NCBI GenBank assembly: GCA_963668025.2
Contig: CAXXTH010000018.1
Span: 32,001-96,000 of the forward strand
Source of the DNA: Candidatus Hydrogenedentota bacterium
GTDB taxonomy: Bacteria > Hydrogenedentota > Hydrogenedentia > Hydrogenedentales > SLHB01
DNA length: 64,000 bases
Direction: 5' to 3'
Shown here: positions 48,808 through 58,114 of the stretch, piece by piece
How the letters are laid out: every line of letters starts with the position of its first letter
Numbering within the stretch: position 1 is the first letter of the stretch
Position numbers and translations under genes: made by a program
Notes under the pieces: generated by a model
Told to the model about the DNA's origin: nothing
Databases searched by the model: none
What the model saw: the letters and a program-made list of their open reading frames with translations, nothing else

Positions 48808-50598
48808 ATGTCAATCCCCCGTCCTGAATACCCGCGTCCCCAATTCGTTCGAAAGCAATGGATGAACCTAAACGGCGAATGGCAGTTTGAGATAGACCAC
48901 GGCGATACTGGCCTCGAACGTGGTTTAATGGAACGCGAACTTGCAAAATGTATCACCGTGCCATTTTGTCCAGAATCCGCACTGTCCGGTATCGGCGAAA
49001 CGGATTTCATGCGAGCAGTTTGGTATCGGCGGCAGGTGGCAATTCCTCCTGAATGGAAAGGGAACCGCGTGCTCCTGCATTTTCAAGCGGTTGACTACGA
49101 CGCGACGGTATGGGTGAACGGGATCGAGGTGCGCCGACATCGTGGAGGCTTTACCCCTTTTCAATGTGATTTGTCCGGGATAGCCACCCCTGGTGAAACG
49201 GCGGTGATTGTTGTGCGCGCTCGCGATTATCCGAACGAACCCAAACCTATCGGCAAACAGTCACAGCAGTTCGGAAATTACCATTGTTTCTATACGCGCA
49301 CCACTGGGATTTGGCAAACGGTGTGGATGGAGCCCGTGTCATCCACCTATCTGCTCAGGCCCCACATCACGCCGGACGTGGCCAATGGCCGTTTTCATTT
49401 AGAACAACGTTTGGCGCATGCCCAGGCGGGATTGCGGGTGCGGGCGACTCTATACGATGATACCGGGGAGGTTGCGGCCGATAGCGCCGTGACTGGCACG
49501 GATTTTTGTGCCAGGTTAGTCCTACCGGTAGCGGACGAGAAGCGGCATTTGTGGTCTCCGGAAGATCCATTTCTGTACCAAATAAGAATCGAGCTCTTGG
49601 ATAGCGACGGGGCGGTGATCGACAGCGCAGACTCTTATGGAGGACTGCGTGGCGTGGGCATAGATGGCAAAGCCGTGTGTATCAACGGGAAACCCGTGTT
49701 TCAACGGCTGGTGCTGGACCAAGGCTATTATCCTGATGGCGTGTTGACGGCTCCTAGCGATGACGCGCTCATAAAAGACATCGAGCTGAGCCTTGCGGCC
49801 GGTTTTAATGGCGCGCGGCTGCACGAGAAAGTATTCGAAGAACGTTTTCTGTACCATGCGGATCGGATGGGATATCTCGTGTGGGGAGAGTTCCCGGACT
49901 GGGGATGCCGGGATCAGGGCCGGATTCAGGACAATCAGCGGCCCACCCCAACCTATATCACCCAGTGGCTCGAGGCCATTGAGCGCGATTATTCGCATCC
50001 CTGCATTATCGGCTGGTGCCCATTGAATGAAACCCTACAGCCGCTTCAGGATGGGATCACTGTTCTTGATGATATGACTCGTGGCATGTTTCTCGCGGTG
50101 AAAGCCCACGACGGGACGCGGCCGGTATTGGATGCGTCCGGCTATTCGCACCGCGTTCCCGAGACGGATGTGTATGATTGCCATGACTACGAGCAAAATC
50201 CTGTCGAGTTTGGCAAGCATCATGCCTCGATCGAGAACAACGCGCCTTTTTACAATGAATACTATGGGACTATATCCTTGCCCTATGGCGGACAGCCGTT
50301 CTTTGTGAGTGAATTTGGAGGAATCTGGTGGAATCCGGCAAGAGCCGCTGACGAGGATTCATGGGGCTACGGCGAGCCGCCTTCCACCATCGAGGAATAC
50401 TATGAGCGGTTCAATGCGCTCTGCATGGCCCTGTTGAATAATCCGGCTATGTTTGGGTATTGCTATACCCAATTGACTGACGTGCACCAGGAAGAGAATG
50501 GCGTATACACGTTTGATCGAAAACCTAAATTCGATATGAGCCGCATCGCTTCGAGCCAACAACGCAAGGCGGCGATTGAGAAGGATATGAAGGCATGA
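48808..50598 (+). CDS. Glycoside hydrolase family 2 (beta-galactosidase/glucuronidase-like)
   Basis: PRPEYPRPQF, LHFQAVDY, TGIWQTVW, LDQGYYP, WCPLNE, VSEFGG. Confidence 0.88.
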   Translation: MSIPRPEYPRPQFVRKQWMNLNGEWQFEIDHGDTGLERGLMERELAKCITVPFCPESALSGIGETDFMRAVWYRRQVAIPPEWKGNRVLLHFQAVDYDATVWVNGIEVRRHRGGFTPFQCDLSGIATPGETAVIVVRARDYPNEPKPIGKQSQQFGNYHCFYTRTTGIWQTVWMEPVSSTYLLRPHITPDVANGRFHLEQRLAHAQAGLRVRATLYDDTGEVAADSAVTGTDFCARLVLPVADEKRHLWSPEDPFLYQIRIELLDSDGAVIDSADSYGGLRGVGIDGKAVCINGKPVFQRLVLDQGYYPDGVLTAPSDDALIKDIELSLAAGFNGARLHEKVFEERFLYHADRMGYLVWGEFPDWGCRDQGRIQDNQRPTPTYITQWLEAIERDYSHPCIIGWCPLNETLQPLQDGITVLDDMTRGMFLAVKAHDGTRPVLDASGYSHRVPETDVYDCHDYEQNPVEFGKHHASIENNAPFYNEYYGTISLPYGGQPFFVSEFGGIWWNPARAADEDSWGYGEPPSTIEEYYERFNALCMALLNNPAMFGYCYTQLTDVHQEENGVYTFDRKPKFDMSRIASSQQRKAAIEKDMKA

Positions 50599-51869
50599 TA
50601 GGCGAACGCCGCTATCGATGCCCGGCAACGCCTTTGGCGCTGTTGCTAACCGCATCCATGGGCCTCGTGCTGTGTTCCTGCGGGCCCACCAGCCGCCCGC
50701 TGGGCGAGCTCGATTTCTGGACCGGGTTTACGGGGCCGGATGGCGATATTTGCCAGGGGATTGTGGAGGATTTCGAACACAAGAGCGGCTTGAAAGTCGA
50801 GTGCCAGCGGATACCATGGGGTTCTTATTTTGACAAGCTCATGGCGGCCATCGCGGCCGGAAATCCTCCCGATGTCTTTGTACTTCATGTCAGCGAGCTT
50901 GTGTGCTATGTCAGCACGGGAGCGATCCTCCCGCTGGATGAGTATGTGGACCGCGACGATAGCTTTGTGCCGAAAGATGACCGCATCTCGAGCATATGGA
51001 AAAACTGTTATTACGACGGCAAGCTCTATGGCGTGCCGATGGACACCCACAGCCTGGCCATTTATTACAATAAGGACCTCTTTAAGAAAGCTGGGATTCC
51101 GGAGCTGAGCAGGACGGAGCCCATCACGGGAAACGAGCTAATTGCACTGGCTCAGGCCTTGACGAGGGATGATGACGGCGACGGCCGGCCTGATGTCTGG
51201 GGATTCTGTTTCGGCGGGTGGCCGCGCAGGTACTTCAATAGCTTGTTGTGGCAATTCGGCGGTGATCTCCTCTCGCCGGATCGGAAGGAGGCCCGGTTCG
51301 ATGCGCCCGAAACCGAACGAACGCTCGAGTGGATGACGGACTTGATCACGAAATACCATGTTTGCCCGCCGCCCGAAGGCCTCGATATCTGGCAAGCCTT
51401 CTGCGAAGGACGCATCGCGATGATGGTTGACGGTTCCTGGATGCTCAACGGGCTGGACATGTATGCTCCATTCCAGTATGGAGCGGCCCCGTTCTTCATC
51501 GCGGGGGATGAGCCCGCTGTATGGGCGGACTGCCATATCCTGTGCATCCCGCGTAACCTGCCGGAGGAACGGCGTCCCGCCGCGCTGCAGTTGCTCAAGG
51601 AATATAATGACCGGGGAGCCACGTGGTCGTACGCGGGCATGATTCCCACACGCCATTCCCAACTCTCCGGCGCTGATCCCAGGCTTGAGCCGTTTATTTC
51701 GGAACTGCCGCATGTGGCATACGAACCCTCGACGCCAGTGGGCATCGAGTTGCGGGACCGATATGAGGCGGCGGTCTATTCGATCCTATTTGGACACCGA
51801 AGCATTGAGGAAGGACTCAAACAAGGGCAGGCTCGAATGACGAAAGTGTTGAGATGGTATGGCGACTGA
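50595..51869 (+). CDS. Sugar ABC transporter substrate-binding lipoprotein
   Basis: Lipobox-like LCSC, GNPPDV, YGVP, YYNKDLF. Confidence 0.88.
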   Translation: MIGERRYRCPATPLALLLTASMGLVLCSCGPTSRPLGELDFWTGFTGPDGDICQGIVEDFEHKSGLKVECQRIPWGSYFDKLMAAIAAGNPPDVFVLHVSELVCYVSTGAILPLDEYVDRDDSFVPKDDRISSIWKNCYYDGKLYGVPMDTHSLAIYYNKDLFKKAGIPELSRTEPITGNELIALAQALTRDDDGDGRPDVWGFCFGGWPRRYFNSLLWQFGGDLLSPDRKEARFDAPETERTLEWMTDLITKYHVCPPPEGLDIWQAFCEGRIAMMVDGSWMLNGLDMYAPFQYGAAPFFIAGDEPAVWADCHILCIPRNLPEERRPAALQLLKEYNDRGATWSYAGMIPTRHSQLSGADPRLEPFISELPHVAYEPSTPVGIELRDRYEAAVYSILFGHRSIEEGLKQGQARMTKVLRWYGD

Positions 51870-52755
51870 CAGGATGAAAACAGGAAACGCCCGGCGCCGC
51901 TGGATGAATGGCCTTTTTCTCGCGCCATTTCTACTCTTGTTTTTGATGTGGGGCATCGCACCGATCATCACCGGTTTCGCAATCAGCTTCACGAAGTGGG
52001 ACGTGTTTTCCGGCGAAGTGCATTTTGTAGGAATCTCGAATTACCTGCGTATCCTGGACGATGACATCTTGCCCATCGCATTGTGGAACACCATCAAGTA
52101 CACCTTCCTGACCGTGCTATTCGGAAACGCATTGAGCTTCGTCCTCGCTTACGGGTTAGCCCGGGATATCAAGGGCAAGACCATCTTCCAGACGATCTGT
52201 TTCGCCCCCGTCGTACTGTCAATCGGCGTTACTGGCGTCGTCTGGGCCTGGATGTACAACACCGACTTTGGCATCCTCAACTATTGGCTTGGCCAGATAG
52301 GAATACCACCGATCCATTGGCTGACAAACCCAAGCACGGCTATGTACGCCATCGTGGCCATGGTCGTTTGGGCGAGCGCCGGATTCAACATGATGATCTA
52401 CTTGGCGGGCCTGCTCAATGTGCCGCCGAGTCTATATGAAGCCGCCGAAATCGATGGGGCGAACGCCTGGAAACAACTGCTTAACATCACCCTGCCCTTG
52501 ATGAAATACACGTTCGCATTCACCCTGACCATTTCCACGATCGGAAGCCTTCAGGTATTCGACCAACCCTATATTCTGACCGGAGGCGGGCCGGATTATG
52601 CGACGCACACACTCGTCTACCACATTTACAGCCACGGATTCAGGTATTTCCGCATAGGATACGCATCCGCTTTGTCTTTCTTCCTGGCCGTGATCATCTG
52701 CGGCTTTTCGTTTTTCCAATACTGGGTTTTCACTCGCAGACGCACGGAGCTTTGA
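51859..52755 (+). CDS. Sugar ABC transporter permease
   Basis: FVGISNY, LYEAAEIDGA (EAA loop), TGGGP. Confidence 0.92.
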   Translation: MATDRMKTGNARRRWMNGLFLAPFLLLFLMWGIAPIITGFAISFTKWDVFSGEVHFVGISNYLRILDDDILPIALWNTIKYTFLTVLFGNALSFVLAYGLARDIKGKTIFQTICFAPVVLSIGVTGVVWAWMYNTDFGILNYWLGQIGIPPIHWLTNPSTAMYAIVAMVVWASAGFNMMIYLAGLLNVPPSLYEAAEIDGANAWKQLLNITLPLMKYTFAFTLTISTIGSLQVFDQPYILTGGGPDYATHTLVYHIYSHGFRYFRIGYASALSFFLAVIICGFSFFQYWVFTRRRTEL

Positions 52756-52761
52756 GCGGCA

Positions 52762-53595
52762 ATGATGAGGCATAAGCGGATGGCCAACTGGGTGTGGGTG
52801 TTGCTGATGGCATCGCTCTCTTTCCTAATGCTTGTGCCGTTATTATTCATGCTGGGAACATCGTTCAAGCACAATCAAGACGTATATGAGTTCCCTATCC
52901 GCATTATTCCACAACACCCAACCGTTGAGAGCTACACGGAGCTGTTCAGCCGCCCGGGCATTCCGGTCTTGCGCTGGTTCTTGAACAGCTTGTATGTAAC
53001 CGCAGTCGTGACCGTGTTGACGCTTATAATAGACTCCATGGCGGCTTTCGGCTTTTCCCGCCTTGATATCCCTTGGAAGAAACCTCTCTTTATAGTCGTT
53101 ATTGCATCCATGATGATCCCCTTCCCTTCCACGTTGATCCCCGCTTATGTCTTTCTGCAGAAACTGGGCTGGCTGGATACCTACAAGGCGCTCATTATCC
53201 CCACGCTGGCCGGTCCGTTTGGAGTGTTTCTACTTAAGCAGTTTTTTGACACCATTCCACGTGAACTCGAAGAGGCCGCCATCGTGGACGGATGCTCGAA
53301 AATGGGCCTATACTTTCGGATCATCCTCCCCTTGTCGCGATCAGTTGTCGCTACGCTGAGCATTTTCGTTTTCATGGGCACGTGGAACTCGTTTCTGTGG
53401 CCGCTCATCGTCACCAACTCATTACCCATGCGGACGCTTCCGGTAGGGCTGACCATTTTCAACGGCCAGTTCTGGGCGGAACACGCACTTGTTATGGCGG
53501 GAGCGACGGTATGTGCGGCGCCCGTCCTCATCGCCTTCATGCTGTTTCAGAAGCATATCGTGAAGGGAATCACGATGGGCGGCCTCAAGGGTTGA
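52762..53595 (+). CDS. Sugar ABC transporter permease
   Basis: IPRELEEAAIVDG (EAA loop), WNSFLWP, GGLKG C-terminus. Confidence 0.92.
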   Translation: MMRHKRMANWVWVLLMASLSFLMLVPLLFMLGTSFKHNQDVYEFPIRIIPQHPTVESYTELFSRPGIPVLRWFLNSLYVTAVVTVLTLIIDSMAAFGFSRLDIPWKKPLFIVVIASMMIPFPSTLIPAYVFLQKLGWLDTYKALIIPTLAGPFGVFLLKQFFDTIPRELEEAAIVDGCSKMGLYFRIILPLSRSVVATLSIFVFMGTWNSFLWPLIVTNSLPMRTLPVGLTIFNGQFWAEHALVMAGATVCAAPVLIAFMLFQKHIVKGITMGGLKG

Positions 53596-53893
53596 AGAAT
53601 TTGCTGAGGATGCGAGCGCATGGGAAATCAGGAATTCTATGTTTGCCTGTAGCCGCTCGAAGCTCGTTGGTACATATTATGAATCCAGATGCAGCCAACT
53701 GAATTGGTAAGTGTGATTATGGATTGCAGAACGCCGTTATGGCCCTGGAAGAGCCAACCGTGAATAGCCGTGGATTGAAGTGAAGCGGAAACCGACGGCT
53801 CTATGCCACCCTTTGAACGAACATGAAGATGGATATTTTTTGACTCTAGCGGGAGTGCAATGACTTGCCGCCATTTTGATTGGCAAAACTTTT

Positions 53894-55024
53894 TTATGAA
53901 GCAGGTTCTCCTTTTTCCACTGCCGCCGCCACCGATTCCGCGACCCGGCTGCCGAAATCGCTTGTGCTGATCACCGTGCGCTCCCCATCGGGCTGGCCTA
54001 GATCGGGGGTGGTGAAGCCCGCGCCAAACACCTGGCGCATGGCGTCCCAAATCCATCGTGCCTCACGCTCCATGCCGAAGCTCTTGTCGAGCATCATCGC
54101 CACGCTGCCGATCATAGAATACGGATTCGCCACTCCTTTTCCGGCGATGTCCGGCGCGGAACCATGGGAAGGCTCATACAGGGCCTTTTCATCCCCCATG
54201 CTCGCGGAAGGCATCAGCCCCAGCGAACCGAGCAGGCCGCCGCCAAGGTCGCTCAAAATATCTCCAAACATATTTTCCATGACCATGACATCAAACTGGC
54301 GGGGATTTAATACCAGCGCCGTCGAAGCCGCGTCCACGATGATATGGCGCAATTCCACATCCGGATACGCTTGGGCCACCTCTTCCACCACGGCGTTCCA
54401 CAACACGCTGGATTTCAACACATTGCTCTTATGCACATTATGCAGCAGCTTGCGCCGCCGCCGGGCTTCCTGGAACGCGATCACCAGCACTCGCCGGATC
54501 TGTTCCTCATCGTACTCGAGCGTCTCCCGTACATAACGATAGCCAAGGCTATTAATCCCTTCTTCCTTCTCACCGAAATAGAGCCCCCCCACCAATTCTC
54601 GGATCATCATGATGTCGATGCCATCCTGCACCACGGAAGGTTTGAGCGGGGAGAAATGGGCCAGCTCTGGCGGCAAATAAACAGGCCGGAAATTCGCAAA
54701 GGTGTGGTACCGGCGGCGCATGGGCAGCAAGCCCGCGCGTTCGGGCTGCTGGTCAATAGGAATGCGCTTCGATTCGGCATAACTCAGCCCAATCGGGCCT
54801 TTGAGTATGGCGTCCGCAGCGTCGCACACCGCCATGGTTTCCTCGGGAAAGGCCGAGCCCGTCTTAAAATAGGCGTTTCCCCCAAACAAAGCATACTTCA
54901 GCTCAAATCCGATAGACTCCGATTCGAGCGCTTTCAGCACTTTCACTGCCTCGGCTATGATTTCCGGACCGATGCCATCCCCCTCGAGCACGGCTATCGT
55001 GTATATGCGCCTGTCTTTGCCCAT
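53894..55024 (-). CDS. leuB: 3-isopropylmalate dehydrogenase
   Basis: GDGIGPEI, RELVGGLYFG, KSNVL, NMFGDILSD, YEPSHGSAPDIAGKGVANP. Confidence 0.88.
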   Translation of the reverse strand: MGKDRRIYTIAVLEGDGIGPEIIAEAVKVLKALESESIGFELKYALFGGNAYFKTGSAFPEETMAVCDAADAILKGPIGLSYAESKRIPIDQQPERAGLLPMRRRYHTFANFRPVYLPPELAHFSPLKPSVVQDGIDIMMIRELVGGLYFGEKEEGINSLGYRYVRETLEYDEEQIRRVLVIAFQEARRRRKLLHNVHKSNVLKSSVLWNAVVEEVAQAYPDVELRHIIVDAASTALVLNPRQFDVMVMENMFGDILSDLGGGLLGSLGLMPSASMGDEKALYEPSHGSAPDIAGKGVANPYSMIGSVAMMLDKSFGMEREARWIWDAMRQVFGAGFTTPDLGQPDGERTVISTSDFGSRVAESVAAAVEKGEPAS

Positions 55025-55422
55025 GGTTGGAGCCTCCTGTCGGCGTGCGTAACGGTTCAATGCGACAAATCATCATAAAGAGGATGTAGCGTAGCATTCC
55101 AGAGCATTCCAGGTCCAGATTGTAGGATAAGCAGGATAAGCCAAGGTGAATCGCATCAGAAACACACCTTTTCTCATCCTTCCTGCCCGCCTCTTAGCAA
55201 TCCTGTGAAAAAACCATCGTTTGCAAATCACATGTGAAAATCGAAACCTATTTTATGTAAAAAAATTATAAAATAACTTTTAAATATTCAATATTTTTCA
55301 CATAATTCAGATCCATTCGCCCTCAAAACCACCATCCCAACAGCTTACGCCCCTGGAACGCAAATTCATAACTTATTTTATTACAATGTGTTAAGATGTT
55401 TTGATAACAACAAAGAAAATAC

Positions 55423-55451
55423 TTGTAATTCTTTCACGAAAAAGTTATGAT
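55423..55451 (+). promoter_or_regulatory. Sigma70-like promoter, paralog 1
   Basis: TTGTAA-N17-TATGAT; matches the paralog 2 promoter. Confidence 0.6.
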
Positions 55452-55526
55452 ATGTGCAATGAGGCGATAATTTAACAACTTAACTTAAGCTTTGGAATGG
55501 AAAAAACAACAACGGAGGGGTAAAAA

Positions 55527-56534
55527 ATGAGACGAGGACAATTCGCATTCTTTTTAGCCATTGCTATCGCGGTATGCGGCGCGGCATGGGCGGGTACGTC
55601 CACCAGCAGTTTTGATGACGGCACATTCGGAGACTTTCATCTAGCAGGAACCATCAGTGGCCAAACCACGATACAAAGTGGACAGGCCGTGATCACCTGT
55701 TCTGGCTGGTCTGCGGAAGGACTGGAATTCGGCCAATTGCCTGTATCGGGAGATTTCACTTTCGATATGAAATTCGATATCGCCAAGACCATCGAATTAT
55801 CGAGCCCGATCACCGGCTATCCAATCGAGGTCTACATCAGCATGTGGGCCGGGTCCGAACAGTACCTGTTTTTTGGGGTGATTTCATCGGAAACAGTAGG
55901 CTCGTTCACCACGGTGGATCCCGTGAATGGCACAGTGGCCAGCGCGGAAACATTCGATCCCTCGACGACGTCCGTGCTGAATATGCACATCGCCCGCACG
56001 AGCACGAATTGGGTTATGTCGGCCCAACCTGACGCTCTAGACGTGATTACGCTGGTGGATATCACCTGCGGAACAGGCGACTTAGGCCAATTCCAAATAC
56101 CTTCTTTGAGCGCCAGCACCAATGGCAGCGCTGTCATGGATGATTTCATCATGACCGGTCCGGACATCGCTGACTATCCTGCTACCGAGACACCTGAAAT
56201 CACCTGCAACGTCGATCCAGCCACGATACAATCGGGCAATAACGTCACCCTCACCGCCCCGGAAGGCAGCAGCTACAAATGGTTCAAGGACGGTACGGAA
56301 ATGGAAGGCGAGACCGGCCAGGTCTTGGAGTTCGGCTCGATCCAGGAAGGCGACGCGGGCGTATACACCTGCGAGTTCAACGACGGCACGGGCCTGGTAA
56401 CGACTGATCCGATTACCTTGGCCGTCGCCGCAGCCCCTGTCGGCGATCTGCCTGTCGCTTCTCTTCTTGGCCTTGGCATCCTGGCCGCGCTCTGCGGTTC
56501 CGCGGGGATGCGCTCTCTTAATAGAAAGAAATAA
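55527..56534 (+). CDS. Secreted surface protein with Ig-like domain and C-terminal anchor (paralog 1)
   Basis: Signal peptide, YKWFKDG...DAGVYTC Ig motif, LPVASLLGLG..RKK tail. Confidence 0.8.
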   Translation: MRRGQFAFFLAIAIAVCGAAWAGTSTSSFDDGTFGDFHLAGTISGQTTIQSGQAVITCSGWSAEGLEFGQLPVSGDFTFDMKFDIAKTIELSSPITGYPIEVYISMWAGSEQYLFFGVISSETVGSFTTVDPVNGTVASAETFDPSTTSVLNMHIARTSTNWVMSAQPDALDVITLVDITCGTGDLGQFQIPSLSASTNGSAVMDDFIMTGPDIADYPATETPEITCNVDPATIQSGNNVTLTAPEGSSYKWFKDGTEMEGETGQVLEFGSIQEGDAGVYTCEFNDGTGLVTTDPITLAVAAAPVGDLPVASLLGLGILAALCGSAGMRSLNRKK

Positions 56535-56575
56535 CGCCGCCATCCTCGCCCAGGAGGCATGGAAAGGCGCATTCA

Positions 56576-56610
56576 CAAGAAGCCGCCGCTCACGGAGTGG
56601 CGGCTTCTTG
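56576..56610 (+). terminator. Rho-independent terminator-like hairpin
   Basis: CAAGAAGCCGCCGCTC-ACG-GAGTGGCGGCTTCTTG. Confidence 0.7.
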
Positions 56611-56891
56611 CTTTACATGCGCCTAATCCACCACAAGCAGCCGGATAAGCGAATCCCTTCTTTTGTTTGAGCTAACAGCGGTCGGCATAGCGCCCGCCAT
56701 GATACTTATAATTAGCATATTAGTTAATTTTAACTTCTTTTTCCCATGAATTACAACATGAATTAACAAATTTCTGCGCGTAAATTTTTCTTATATGGTT
56801 AGCTATTACTTAATATTTATAAAGAAAGAAAAGCGCGTAAAATATTATAAATTAATGCTTTATAGCATAAATAAAAGTAAGAAAATTGCAC

Positions 56892-56920
56892 TTGTAATCC
56901 GGCCCCCTTTGCGTTATAAT
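56892..56920 (+). promoter_or_regulatory. Sigma70-like promoter, paralog 2
   Basis: TTGTAA-N17-TATAAT. Confidence 0.65.
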
Positions 56921-56995
56921 GTGTTAAATAATTTGATTATTTAACACAACAAATTAAACCTTAACCTAGAGAGAGAAAGTACGGAGGGGTAAAAA

Positions 56996-58003
56996 ATGAA
57001 AAAAGGTAAATTAGTGGTATCCTTAGGCATGGCGATCGCGCTATGTGGCGCGGCATGGGCGGGCACATCAACCACCGACTTTAATGACGGCACGTTCGGA
57101 TGCTTTCCCCGGGGCTTTAACACCGAAAACAACCAAACGACCATACAAAATGGACAGGCCGTGATTACATGCACAGGATGGTCCACGGAGGGGCTAGTCT
57201 TCAATCAGGTTGTGGCGGGGGATTTCTCTTTCGACATTACTTGCGACCTGGCAAAATCACTGGAGCTCACCGGCACATTAACAGACTTCCCCGTGGAACT
57301 ATATACAAGCTTAACCATTGGTGGTGTGGATGTATACCAATACTTTGTGGTGATCTCATCCGCAACAGAGGGAACACTCGCGACAGTGGATCCTGTGAAT
57401 GGCCTCGTATATAGTACAGAGCTCTTCGACCCTACCGCCGTATCCTTGATCAAAATTCACATCGAACGGTCTGCCAGCACCTATGTTATGACGGGACAAT
57501 ACGACGATGATCCCGTGATCACGCTGTCCAATGTAACGGGCACAACAGAAGACCTAACACTGTGTTATGTTGCGACTATGACCAATACTCCAAATGGCAG
57601 CATGGCTTTCGATGACCTGGTCGTAAGCGGCCCGAATGTACTGGATTATCCTGCGGCTGCGCCTGAAGTCACCTGCAATGTGGATCCAGCCACCATTGTA
57701 GCCGGGGCGAATGTCACGCTTACCGCCCCGGAAGGCAGCGAGTTCAAGTGGTTCAAAGACGGTGCGGAAATGACCGGTGAGACTGGACAGGTCTTGGAGT
57801 TCGGCTCCATCCAAGAAGGCGACGAGGGCGTATATACCTGCGAGTTCAACGATGGCACAGGCACGGTGACGACCGCTCCGATCACGTTGGTTGTCGCGGC
57901 TGCCCCTGTTGGCGATCTGCCTGCGGCTTCCATTCTTGGCCTTGGCATTCTGATCACGCTCTGCGGCGCTTCGGGAATGCGTTCAGTCAAAGGTAGAAAA
58001 TAA
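56996..58003 (+). CDS. Secreted surface protein with Ig-like domain and C-terminal anchor (paralog 2)
   Basis: Same length (335 aa) and architecture as 55527-56534. Confidence 0.8.
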   Translation: MKKGKLVVSLGMAIALCGAAWAGTSTTDFNDGTFGCFPRGFNTENNQTTIQNGQAVITCTGWSTEGLVFNQVVAGDFSFDITCDLAKSLELTGTLTDFPVELYTSLTIGGVDVYQYFVVISSATEGTLATVDPVNGLVYSTELFDPTAVSLIKIHIERSASTYVMTGQYDDDPVITLSNVTGTTEDLTLCYVATMTNTPNGSMAFDDLVVSGPNVLDYPAAAPEVTCNVDPATIVAGANVTLTAPEGSEFKWFKDGAEMTGETGQVLEFGSIQEGDEGVYTCEFNDGTGTVTTAPITLVVAAAPVGDLPAASILGLGILITLCGASGMRSVKGRK

Positions 58004-58030
58004 CACGCATGAAACATGATGTTTGAATTC

Positions 58031-58069
58031 GCAATAAGCTGCCTTTCATAACGAAAGGCAGCTTATTGC
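58031..58069 (+). terminator. Terminator-like hairpin
   Basis: 17-bp perfect stem GCAATAAGCTGCCTTTC/GAAAGGCAGCTTATTGC. Confidence 0.7.
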
Positions 58070-58114
58070 TTTAGCGTAGGCGAATGAACACACGCTGTAT
58101 CAAAGGAGAAGCCC

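Noticed and set aside
55527-58003. Diversity-generating retroelement template/variable repeat pair
   Set aside because: No reverse transcriptase in the window; differences are not confined to adenines; both copies are full genes.
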